Source of the DNA: the human T2T-CHM13v2.0 reference genome, Homo sapiens
DNA length: 64,000 nucleotides
Strand: one strand, 5' to 3'
Assembly (NCBI RefSeq): GCF_009914755.1
Contig: NC_060925.1
In this document: positions 15,713-29,330 of the stretch, in pieces
Position numbering within the stretch: the first letter of the stretch is position 1
Layout of the letters: every line of letters starts with the position of its first letter
The notes under the pieces: generated by a model
The model's database searches: none
What the model saw: only the letters and a program-made list of their open reading frames with translations
What the model was told of the DNA's origin: nothing
Position numbers and translations under genes: made by a program

Positions 15713-16529
15713 GAAGGATGGTCCTACTTCCTCCAAGAATTACTGGGTCTCAATGTGAATCCTGGAAGCCCTATGGTCCACTTGTTACCAATATAAAGAT
15801 GACTGAACACCAAAGATGGCAAAATGTACCCGTGTCCTCAAAGACATCAGTGACCCACTGACTGTAGTATGTGTGGAGTCTACCTTACCTCTGGACCTCT
15901 AATTATATGGGATAAATTTTCTCAATATTTAAGCACTTTAAGTCTTAAACAGTTACTTGGAGCTGAAAGCATTTTAACAGATTGTAAATTAATAACTGGA
16001 GAACTAACAAAGATGAGATTACCAGGAGGTCAAAAGAAAATCTGAAAATCAAAGTTAGGAAAACTAATGAAGCCCTTGAATATTTTGGCAAAAAGGACTG
16101 TCTTTATGATCATACTGCAAAAGTCCATCATAACATGGATAGTTTCATGTGATCTTACAATTTTCTCAGAAAAATTATGTAAAATTTTTTAAGCAACCAA
16201 CACTTGATTCATTCTTCTTTCATTCTAATAATTTAACACATAGTTGCAACCATAACATGAATGTTTTCATAGTTTTGTTTCATTTTTCAAGATTAAACCC
16301 AAATAAAGCCTTTTCTCCCCACCCCAACTATGTACTATTATCTCTGAAATGTTCTAGGTCAATTCATCCTACAAGATCTTGTTCTTACGCCAATTATTTT
16401 CAGAAAGTAAAGACCCCCTAAACAATGAAATCACAAGGAAAAATAAATTACTCACTCACACATTAACATTTGGAAAATTCAAATATAAGCTTCAGTTCAA
16501 AAGTTAACCATTACAAACAGTTATGTATG

Positions 16530-16740
16530 AGAGCTTACTGGTTAAAAACCATGGGCTCTGGAACCTGACTGCCTGAGATGGAATCCCAGTTCCACTCTCT
16601 ACTAACTGGGTGACCCTGGGCAAGTCACTTAACTCTCTGTGGCTTAATTTCCTCATCTATAAAATGGAGATAACAGTTCTATCAGTGTTAAATGAGTTAA
16701 TAAAGGTTTCATACAGTAAGTACTCAATAACAGCGATTAC
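16530..16740 (+). mobile_element. MIR
   Basis: gtgaccctgggcaagtcacttaactctctgtg...tttcctcatctataaaatgg. Confidence 0.85.
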
Positions 16741-16860
16741 ATTTTTTTTAAACTCTAAGAAAACTGAAGAATATAAATGCCAACACTGAAATTAAGTTAA
16801 TTAGCAAAGGAAAAACATTTTTAAAAACACAAGCTTTATGGTTTAAATACAAGTACATAC

Positions 16861-17129
16861 TTTTTTTTTTTTTTTTTTTTGAGACAGAGTCTCGTTCTGT
16901 TGCCCAGGCTGGAGTGCAATGGCGCGATCTCGGCTCACTGCAAGCTCCGCCTCCCGAGTAGCTGGGACTACAGGCGCCCGCCACCACGCCTGACTAATTT
17001 TTTGTATTTTTAGTAGAGACAGGGTTTCACCGTGTTAGCCAGGATGGTCTCAATATCCTGACCTCGTGATCCACCCGCCTCAGCCTCCCAAAGTGCTGGG
17101 ATTACAGGCATGAGCCACCGCGCCCGGCC
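16861..17129 (-). mobile_element. AluY with a 32-bp internal deletion
   Basis: Y-type motifs; TSD aaatacaagtaca. Confidence 0.92.
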
Positions 17130-17324
17130 AAATACAAGTACACACATTTTAAATAAAATTAAGACAAAGAAAAATGAGAACAAATGTACTTAACGATAAA
17201 AAAGAAAGCTAAAAGCATATTATATATGCTTTTATATGATGTCTATATAGTAAAAAATTATGCATTTTCCTTCTAAACATGTTTTTTTAAAGGTACCATG
17301 TCGAACCCATTAAACTAGAAACTA

Positions 17325-18193
<869 letters not shown>

Positions 18194-18219
18194 GAAGATA
18201 CATATAGTAAAGTTTACAT

Positions 18220-18670
18220 TATGACCACCAATGAATCGCACCTCTTGATCTGTCCTTGTGTAATCACCTCCCCCACTGACTTTGGGCTTGACCATATGAC
18301 TTGTTTTGGCCAAAGAAACATAAGCAAACAGGATGCAAGCTGAGGTCTGGTAAGAGCTTTCATACTAGGGCATGTTGTCATGAGGAGGCTGCTATTGTTA
18401 AGTGAGCGATGAGGCAGAGGGATGGGATAGACACACCAGATGAACCTAAGTGAAGGAAAACACACGAATGAGTCCAGGTAAGAAGAGCTGCCCAGCCAAT
18501 CCGTAGCACATCTGCAGTCTCAGCTACTCAGGAAGCTGAGGTGGGAGGATCACTTGAGCCCAGGAGTTCGAGGTTGCAGTAAGCTATGATTGTACCACTG
18601 CACTCCAGCCCGGGTAACAGCTTTACTAGGCTTTGAGATGCTTTGTTAAACAGCAGTAATATCGGATACG
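18220..18670 (+). mobile_element. MLT1-type LTR fragment interrupted by an Alu right monomer (~18505-18620)
   Basis: gggcttgaccatatgacttgttttggccaa motif. Confidence 0.65.
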
Positions 18671-18679
18671 ATATATGTA

Positions 18680-20200
18680 TATGCACTATGAAGAGTTAAT
18701 ATCCTCATTATTATAAATCATTAGAAGAAAAACTACACATCTCATTGGGAAAACAGAAAAAGCACATGAACAGACATCCACACAAAAATAAAGCTGTCCA
18801 ATAAACAAACAAAGAGACCCTACAGGTAATCAAAGAAATACAAATTAAACCAATGAGGTAACACCTTTTACCTATCACATTGGCAAAGATTAAAAGACCG
18901 ATAATGGCCTGAGCTGGCCAGAATGTGGGGTAACTAGAAATCTCATCTACTCTTGCTTATCTGGTAACGTGTATCAAAAACTGATACAACTCCCTTTAGT
19001 CATTTTGTTTATTATTCACTCAAATACTTATGCATACTCACAGAGGCCTGTGCTGGGAACTTGGAATGCAGAGCCAGGTCACGCAAGACCTTAATAATTT
19101 TGGTTTTATGACAAATTTGGGTTTTAGTCTAAGATGCCGCTGAAGGCTTTACATGGGAAATAACAATATCTGATTTCCACTTTAAGAGTATTCTGAGTGA
19201 TGCATGAAGAACAGGGGACATGAATGGAAATGAGGAAACACTAATAGTTCAGGTAAGAGATAACAGTGGCCTGGACTTGAGGCAGTGAGATGGACAGAAG
19301 CAAGTGAAGGTGACCTGGTAGGACAATGATAGACTGGATACAGAAAGGTAAAGAAACAAAAAATAAAAAAAAAAACAAAACACAGCACTACTTCTTGATT
19401 TTACTTCTAGGAATGTATCCTAAAACAGTATCAGATATGTACACAAAGACATATAACCAAAGATGTTCACAGCAGTGTTTTTTATAATAACAAAAATAAT
19501 GGAACAAATCTAAAAGTCCATCTTTAAGATTTAAGTAGACAAAGTCATCCATCCAAAGCAATGGAATATTATGCAGTCACTTAAAGTTATGTAGCTATAT
19601 AGTTAGGAACAAGAATTACTGGCTGGACACAGCAGCTCATGCCTGTAATCCGAGTGCTTTGGGAGGCTGAAGTGGGAGGATGACTTGAGGCCAGGAGTTC
19701 AAGACCAGCCTGGGCAACATAGCGAGACCTTGTCTCTGCACAAAAATCTTAACAATTAGAGGGTGTGGTGGCGCACATCTGTAGTCTCAGCTACTCAGGA
19801 GGCTGAGATGGGAGGATCGCTTGAGCCCAGGAGTTCGAGGCTGCAGTAAGCTATGATTGCACCACTGCACTCCAGCCTGGGTGACAGTTTAAGACCCTAT
19901 TTAAAAAATAAAAATAATAAAATGTAAAAAGTATAGATATTATATATATGGAAAGGGACAAGCTACAAAATACACAATACAAATATAGTATAATTCCATT
20001 TTTAAATAGTATAATCTTACTTTTATATATAATCATATGCACACGCACAATGATCTGCAATGCTGCAAATGCACTACAAAAAGTTTAGAAATCTACACAT
20101 TAAAATATTAAAATACTAGATGGCTTGGATTTAACATTTCATAAATAAATGTTTTATACTTTCCATACCTTCTAAAATCTGTTCAAAATCTGTACTACTT
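18680..20200 (+). mobile_element. Old L1 3' fragments, with an L2 piece (~19000-19340) and an AluJ (19621-19910)
   Basis: caaattaaaccaatgagg...ttggcaaagattaaaa; ctaggaatgtatcct; AluJ consensus. Confidence 0.7.
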
Positions 20201-21214
20201 TACAATGGAAGGAAAAAAGTAATTTAAAAAAATACTGACCAGACATATGGACAACAGTAATTGATTTATTTTTCTAAAAATAATTCTAAAAAAATTGTGC
20301 AAAGACCACAATTAAGTAGACTGTAAGTAAAAGTTTTAAATGAAAACTTAAGATACATAAATCTTAAATTGTTAAAAACTGAACGGTCACAATTTTGCTT
20401 GCAATATCAGTCTAACATGAGAATTTGGGGGAGGAGGAGAAAGACTGCAGAACAAAGCAGATATTCAAATAACCAGTATATAATAATTATTAAGACTGCA
20501 TAAAAAGATCCCTTCACTGAACTGTAAAAGGAGCAATTTGGACTCCCTTGAGATTTGACCTCAAGAGCTATTCATTTTATTTTACTTAAGTTCTTGGTTC
20601 TTCATAAAGCTCCCCCGCTGCCAAGTTGCAAATGTAACAGATACCAAAAAGGACAGAAGACTGAGGACCTCTAAGGCACAGTTAAAGGTAGTCATTTTGA
20701 TTTCACATCATCAGATGTATTCTTACCAAGACCAGATGTTCTATAAGGCCTTTACCACTGGAAAAGGGCTCAGTTTATTTAAAAATATCATGATTACCTC
20801 ATTCCCCAAAGACAAAACTTTTGGTATTTGAGACTACTGTAAACAAACCCCAGAAAATCACCACCCAGATTTAAGTTTTCTGAAGATTCTGATGGATTTG
20901 CTTCATCACATTTTACTGGTGACTTTAGTCATCCTTACTTACAACAGGCCTACCAAAGAGATGGCTGGCTGTCTCCTTAGCACGAAGATACAGCTCCAAA
21001 ATTTGTTCAGGCCTTTCAAAGCCACCACTACCAAGGTTTCCACCTCAGCATTCCCACGTGCTTGTTTCCCTACAGAGAAATGTCCAGTGGTTCTATCTTC
21101 AATCTCTCTTCTTTAAATAGCACGAAGATGTCAATTCAAAATATTAATCCAAAGTAATAAAAATGTCAGAAACAACTCACGTAAAAAGCAAATGAGATCT
21201 TCTGGTGTTATTAT

Positions 21215-21600
21215 ATAGATCTGTCTATTCTGGGCATTTCATATAAATGGAATCATGGCATATATCGCCTTTTGTGTCTGGCTTATTTCACTTAGCATAA
21301 TGCTTCCATCTACGCTGTGGCATGTATCAGAATTCCATTCCTTTTGATGGCCAAATATTATTCTGTTGTATGGACATACCACATTTTGATGATCTATTCA
21401 TGAAATCAGACACACCTGGGTTATTTCTGCTTTTTGGCTGTTATGAATAACGATACTATAGACATTTGTGTACAAGTTTTTCTGTGGACAAATGTTTTCA
21501 TTTCTAGGAAAGGAATTGCTGGGTCATACGATAACTCTATGTTTAACTTTTGAGGAACTGCCAAACTGTTTTCTAAAGCAGCTGCACCATCTTACATGGT
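21215..21600 (-). mobile_element. L1MB-like 3' fragment
   Basis: catttcatataaatggaatcat...ggaattgctgggtcata...gaggaactgccaaactgttttc. Confidence 0.85.
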
Positions 21601-22158
21601 TTTTCACATTCTTAACATAAACTTAAGAGATGTCAGACTTTCATAAAAGTGGGGGATTTACTCTTATCAAGCTCATTTTGTGTGCCAAGTGTTATGCCAG
21701 AATTTTATTTAATTTTCTCAACAGCTCTATAATTCACAAAGTATATTCGATCCCAAAAAATGTTTATAACCCACTCAAAAATAAATTATTTAGTAAATGT
21801 CAAACTAGAGTCAAACCCAGAGTTAACTTCAAAGCCTGTCCTCTTTACCCTACACCATTCAATCTCTACACTTAGATATACATACATTGCCTCATACCCA
21901 AAGTAGTCTTTGGAAAAGTTGCCTGTTAATAAAACTTACTTTAATCATTGTAAAATAGAAGGTTCCCAGTGTAAAGAGATTTCTAGAAAATTTAACGGAT
22001 ATCTTGTATAAATCAATCAACCCCCCTAATTTATCTTCTTTAGTAAACAACTTCTGGTTACTTAAAACAAAACTTATCTAAAGTTCACCTAAATATTAAA
22101 CAAATTATTTTCTTCCAAAGTTGTATGCACTGACAAAAAAAAAAAATGTAGTTATCTT

Positions 22159-22845
22159 CTGCTATAGACTGAACTGTGTTCCCCTAAAATTTATATGTTA
22201 ATACCCTAACCCTCAATGTGACTCTATTTGGAAAAAGGGCTTTTAGGAGGTAACTAATGTTAAATTAAGTTATAAGCACAGGGCCCTAATTCAATAGGAT
22301 TAATGGCCTTATGAAATGAGGAGGAGAGAGAAATCCCCCCTCATCTCCCCGACCCCAGGATTCCCATACCCACCCTACCATGTGAGGACACAGAGAGAAG
22401 GATATCTTCTGCAAGCCAGGAAGAGAACCCTCACCAAAACCCATCCATACTGGCAACCTGATCTCTGACTTCCAGCCTCCAGAACCTTAAAATAAATGTC
22501 TAGGCCGGGCGCTGTGGCTCCCACCTGTAATCCCACGAGGTCAGGAGATCAAGACCATCCTGGCTAACACAGTGAAACCCCATCTCAACTAAAAAATACA
22601 AAAAAATTAGCCAGGCGTGGTGGCAGGCGCCTGTGGTCCCACCTGCTCAGGAGGCTGAGGCAGGAGAATGGTGTGAACCCGGGAGGCAGAGCTTGCAGTA
22701 ACCTGAGATCGAGCCGCTGCAATCCAGCCTGGGCGACACAGTGAGACTGTCTCAAAAAAATTAATAAATAAAAATAAAAAATAATTTTCTGTTGTTTAAG
22801 CCACCCAGTCTATGGTATTTTGTTATGGCAGCCCACACTAATACT
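22159..22845 (+). mobile_element. MLT1A/B LTR interrupted by an AluY (22503-22785, short internal deletion)
   Basis: tgctatagactgaactgtgttcccc... resumes with ctgttgtttaagccacccagtctatggtattttg. Confidence 0.85.
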
Positions 22846-22910
22846 TCAAGAGTATCATACACTACCCAGTGATTGGTATTTGAAGCACTGATAAGAATCA
22901 AAACAAAGCA

Positions 22911-23213
<303 letters not shown>

Positions 23214-23789
23214 TCAAAACAAAGCAAGCACTAAATGGGGTAAAAATAAATTAAACCAATAGAGATGCATATGCTTGTTACTTGAAAATATTTACAAGTT
23301 CTTTGGTCAAAGAGACTTAAAAACAGATTGATGGCCCTTTCAGTAATTCAGAATTTAATCATAAAGTCAAGTAAACATGGTATCCTCCAAAGGGCTTAGA
23401 ATTTAGACAATCCTGACACTTGTAGCCACTTCCAAGCTCTGTGTTAGAATAAGAAATAAATTCTGGCCAGGTGAGTTCAAAACCTGCCTGGTCCACATAG
23501 CAAGACCACATCTCTACAAAATAAAAATTAAATTAAAATTTAAAAAAGAACAAAAGAAAACCAAATTCTACACCTATTCCTGGAGTCAGGATGTGAGTTT
23601 TTGCTTGCTTAATTAAATTATGTTATTAACATTTAGTATCCACCAAATACTACACTACACCCTACAATATCCAGTAGAGCTTCTAGAACACTACAGGTAT
23701 TCCAAAAATGGGGTTGCTAGTGAACAGATTCTATAAAAGAGCAACGCAGTCAAAGTCAAACACTTACACAGGCCACCCACTATTTGCCA

Positions 23790-23854
23790 AGTATTTTGCT
23801 AGTACCATGAATATAAAAATGCTAGTATTTTGCTAGTACCATGAATATAAAAAT
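23790..23854. repeat. 31-bp perfect direct repeat, period 34
   Basis: agtattttgctagtaccatgaatataaaaat-gct-same unit. Confidence 0.95.
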
Positions 23855-26535
23855 CCTCTTCAAGGAACTTACAATGAAGAGGGACAAAAAGAACCACATA
23901 ATTATAAGACAGAATAAATTCAATAGCAAAAAAACATGTAAAGTGCACTGGAACACACAGGAATAGTGGGGGACAAGGGGGTTGGGGGAGCATGTTAGGG
24001 GCAAGTCAAGGACTATATCCCAGGTCTGACAAGGAGTCCCCTTCTTGTTTCTAGTCAGGAAAATTTCGTAAACCCTTATCTGAAGAAGCATCCACTGAAG
24101 TACAGCCTCAGCTCATATTCTCTAACTTTTACTTCCACTTAATTCCATTCATCAATTTCAAACAAGGAGGAGAAAAAAGAGGAAAAGACAACTTTAAGTT
24201 GGCACAAGTAGGGTTTAAATACCCTTTTACTCCCCTACAACCATATAAAAATTGAAATCACATTTTTTCAAATCTTTCTTACACTCATGATACAGACTAG
24301 ATATTTTACAAGTTATACAATCACCTGTTTTAAGCCTTCTGTAAGATAAATCACCAAAACCTATTCAGTATGTAATTTCTTCTATACCAGCCAAATGGTG
24401 CCTCCATAGTTATTTTGCTTAATCCAACTGGGCCAACAAGGTATCCAACACCTTGAATACTGAATAAACTTTAGTGAATTTTCTCTATTAATCCACACTC
24501 TTCTTCAAGATTTATTCACTTAGTAAATTCCTACAATACTGACATTCAAAAAATGAAGATTTGGCTCTTGCTCCTAAAATAAACCTCTGTGGGAAAGTCA
24601 CACATCCAACAGCTACGAGTATAAATGAAGACCCATGGGAACAAAGAGACTACTATTTGTATCCTTTCATGGATATCTCACTTGACACTTCACAAAACAA
24701 TCCTGTGAAATATAAGATTATCTCCTTTTTTTTTTTTTTTTTTACCAGTTTACTCAATTAACAGGTCAGCATATAAAACCTGGATCTTCTGACCCTTGAT
24801 TGTACCACACTCTGAAATGTATATAAAATTTATGATTACCACAAATAAAGATACTTCAAAGACCCTAAGGAAGGAAACACAGAAGAAGGGAACAGCTTCC
24901 TCACCTATAAAATAATAAAAATGTGGTCTTTTTGACATCCTTGAGCTAAATAAGGTCGCAAGGTGGAGCCCACTGCCCAGAAGTTTTACCCAAATAGTCT
25001 AACATAGAAATAGGCCTGGAAACAGGAGGAGTAACATAAATTTAAGGCTTACCAGTGTATAAAGTACCTTCTATTATCATTTGATCCTCACTACTCAGTT
25101 AAGAATTATCTCTATTTTTACATATTTTTTAAAAAGGCATCAGTGAAATAATGTGATTACTTCAAGGTCACCCAGCTAGTAAATGGCTTGGACAAATCCT
25201 CATAACCCTACTATACCTTTTTATATGAGAAAGTCAGAGTAGCTAGTGGAAGCCTGGACTATTTTAATACGGATCCAAGAATGTAAATACAAAATCTTCT
25301 GAGCTCTCCTTAGCCACCAGGCTACATGCAACTATTTTAGATCAGACAAGCTCCTCTTTCAGTTAAAAAAAAAAAAAAATCTTAAGTAACAAACCAACTA
25401 ATTTTAAAAATGCACTTAAAAGGCACACACTGTATGTACATGCATACAAACGCATTCACATACATACACGCACACTTTAATCACAAAGCATCTTACACTT
25501 TTGAAACATTGCATAAATGAAAAATAAGAATAGAACTAAACAGACAGGACACTAAAAGTACCAGCTTTTTGGTCTCAACCTTTCCACTGTCCTGTATAAG
25601 TAATATGCTTTTTCATTTTTTAAATATTCATCTTTAAGCAAAATATTAACAAGTAAATCTATATACTGCATTTTACTCAAATGCCTATGACCGTTTCAGG
25701 AACATAAACTATTATTCAGTTCTCTTCTGTATAAGATTATACACAGTGATCATGCTATTCCTAAAATTAAAGTCATCTGACAGATACCACTAATAGTTAT
25801 ACCGTAATATATTCATCATATCCTCTGTTCAGGATTCTGACCGACTTAATTGGAAATTCCTGTTCAGGCATTCCTATTTCTGGATGGCCTTTGAAACATC
25901 AGAACTACCTCTTAATATAACCAAAAAGGACTCAACTTAAAAGACTAACATTAACGTCCCACAGGACTTGAAAGCATGAAGACTAAGCATATATTAATAT
26001 AACCTGAAAAGCACTTCCTAAGCACCAAAATATCCCAAAGAATATTCCAAAGACTTTTGCAAGCAGCACAAGAACGTTTTATCCCATACCAATCTCACTT
26101 TTACAGGTATCTAAGCAAATCTAAGTACTACCTAACCACCTGCCAAATAATCCAGTACCTTCCAAAGTGAAAAGCTGACCCTCTTTCCTGCTCTTATTCA
26201 AAATTAGCCTACGAAGAATTACTGTAGACTGCTTAAATAAACTTTTCAGACCTGTGTACCAAGTTCTATATTTACGTTACTGGAAAACATCAGCGTGGTT
26301 CCTCTCTCTCTACACTTCATAAGGAACAGAGCAAGAAAAGAGCTTGAAAAACAGAAGTTACTTTTTATTAGAAAAGGAATTTTCAAGTGAAGACATAATT
26401 TACCTGTGACAGACTGACATCTATACATGACAGTGATTAAACTTCACTGAATACCCAAAACGGTAACTTTTTTTTAGTTCACAATCTTTGAATTAGACAA
26501 CTATTCCTGTTTTTATTTAAAAATAACCCACTTTC

Positions 26536-26947
<412 letters not shown>

Positions 26948-28655
26948 CTAAAACAGAAACCAACAACATATAATATTACAAGATATAACAGTATGTATAT
27001 TATAGTTCCTGAGTTTAAGGACATCAGTAACTTGATTTAAAAAAAAAGAAGTCATGCTCAAACATACGACTCAAAGTTTTCAAGCCATATTTTACAAAGA
27101 TTGTGTTTTTTGGTTCGTATGCTATAATTACTATTTAAACTCATCGCTTATATTTGAAAATAACTTGTGTGAAATCATCAAGGGAAAAGGGGTCAGTCGC
27201 CTAGAGACACCACATTAAACTCACTCTTTAAGGCCATCATAAATACAGGTAACTTGGAATCAGAAAAAAAAATTCAAATTCACAGTAAGCCTAAGTAAAA
27301 ATTCAACAAAGATATATCACAATATATATATAAAAGCAAAATGGAAACACGTTTAACCTTGATAGAAAAAAAAAATGAAAAGCAAAGTTTAAAATGGAAA
27401 CTACCGAAATTGAGAAAGAATTCCAATGACATGACATTTTCTTGCCAAAGCGAAGGAATTTGTAGATTATATCATTCAAATCTCATTGTATTACATTATA
27501 AAGGTCTTAGCAACGGTTGGCCATTAATCTTTAACACAAAGGAGATTCAAATCCAAATGAACTGTAAGACTATCTCTTCCAGGAGAGAGAAATGGAGTAA
27601 TTTACTTTATCCACAATTGTTTAACCCAAAAGGAAGGCCTTTAAGGATGATAACGCAGAATGGATCAGCCTTCAGTCTACCAAGTCCCATTTCACACGAA
27701 GTCTTGCACCAATCCGAAAAGAGAAGGTTATGGACACAGAACAGGTTTAGGAAAGGCTGGAAAAAAAATCTCCAATGAATGACACACCACATCACGGTTT
27801 ATTCTCCTACACAATTTGAGAAACAATAAAGAAAAATATCATACCATATGTTTCATCGTATCAATTAAAAAAATATTTTACGACAGTACATTCAATTCTT
27901 CGGGGCCGCAAAAATAATTTAGCTCCTGTTTTATTGAGTACAGAGCAAAGGGAAAAAGCAGCTGCTGCAATGCAACACAGGCTGCTACAGAGAAAGGGGA
28001 GAAAAGGCTTTTCCAAACAGATCCCTTCCCCGCCCCCGCTTACACACCCCTACCAACTTACTTATCCCAGTCTTTTACTGCCCCCACCACGTGAACCTAA
28101 TCAATTCTTTCCCTTCCCCCACCATCGTGAAATTTCACCTTTCACAGCTCCTTCACCTACCCCTACCAGAGGCACTTTATTACCCGCAGAGATTTCAGAC
28201 CTTTCAAACTTTTCTTCCTTTTTTAATTAAACACGAGAGTTCGGAGGCAAAAGTGCATGAAATTTTTACATATATACGAAAAAATACCTGTTTCCCAGCA
28301 ACACGCACGCTTCGATTCTCGAACCCCTCCCCATCTCCCGGGTTTCGCTTGCAAAGGCTTGGGGGAGGGAGCCAGGCGCAAATTAAATTTAGGAAGGGAA
28401 ATCCTGGGTGAAAGAAGAGCATTTGAGGAAAAATGAGAGAACGATGAAGCGAGACCCCCAAACCACACGGGTTGGGGAGGTTTCCAAGAAAGAAAGAGAA
28501 ATTGGAAGGGACAAAAGGCGGAGGGGGGAGGAACAGACCGGAGACCAGGGGAGACGCGCCGGGCCGGGAGAGGGAAGGCGGGGTCCGAGGAGAACGGGGG
28601 TCGCGGCTCCCGCGGCACAATGGCCCGCCCGGCCCCCGCCCCGCGCGCCCCTCAC

Positions 28656-28660
28656 CTCAT
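28656..28660 (-). CDS. CNOT6L: Coding part of first exon (ATG AG, phase-2 donor); probably CCR4-NOT deadenylase subunit CNOT6L
   Basis: Minus strand reads GCCGCCGGCACC-ATG-AG|GTGAGG: strong Kozak and canonical donor inside a CpG island, followed by >28 kb with no recognisable coding exon. Fits the recalled CNOT6L N-terminus (MR|LIGMPKEK) and long first intron. Gene name is an inference from memory; exon 2 is not visible. Confidence 0.6.
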
Positions 28661-28931
28661 GGTGCCGGCGGCGCAGAGGCTTCCCCACCAGCCGGGAGAC
28701 GCAGAAGGCGCCGAGCCGAGGGGGGGGTCTCTCCTCCAGGGGTGGGGAGCAGCTCGGAGACGGGAGACAAGTGTCCGGCTCCTCCTTCGGCGGCCAGGGG
28801 GCTACACCATCTCCTCGCACAAAGCCGAGGCGCCGGCCGGGAGTGTGGGAGAAGAGGGCGAGAGAAAGGCTGGGGAGGGGGCGGAGAGGCCGAGGCGCGG
28901 AGCTGGTCCCCAGGCGGCCGCCGCCTCCCAC

Positions 28932-29330
28932 CTCCTCGTGGTCCTGCTCCTCCTCCCGGAGCTTCCTCGGCCGCCCTCTGAGGGGTGCCCGCCGGGGCCG
29001 CGCGCCCGGCCGCCGCTCCACAGGCCCGCGCTCGCCGCGCCGCCGCCGAGGCCGTGTGCAACCGGCAGCTGCTGCAGCCGCGGGAGGAGAGTCGGGATCG
29101 CCGCGAGGAACCCGGGAGGAGGCGGGGCGCGCGGCGGAGGAACACGCAGGCGCCGCCCTCCTCCCCTCCTTCCCCCGGGGGCGAGGGGGCGGTGCGGGGG
29201 GAGGGGAGGAAAGGGGAGGCGGGGGGCCGGGCGCACTCCCCCGCGCCGGCGGCCGGGCCCCCGCCGGACTGCGGAGAGCGAGGCTGGGAGAGAGCGAGCG
29301 CGACGGCGGCGGCGGCGGAGAGAGGCTCTT
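28932..29330 (-). other. Probable alternative non-coding first exon (5' UTR)
   Basis: Donor GAG|GTGGGA at 28932/28931 within the CpG island. The 5' end is a guess. Confidence 0.45.

Noticed and set aside
20978-21129. 12-bp direct repeat tagcacgaagat, 140 bp apart
   Set aside because: Too short; the enclosed sequence has no poly-A or element features, so a TSD reading is unsupported.
27341-27778. 145-aa plus-strand ORF antisense within intron 1
   Set aside because: No recognisable domain, AT-rich Lys/Asn bias and no supporting exon structure; compatible with chance.
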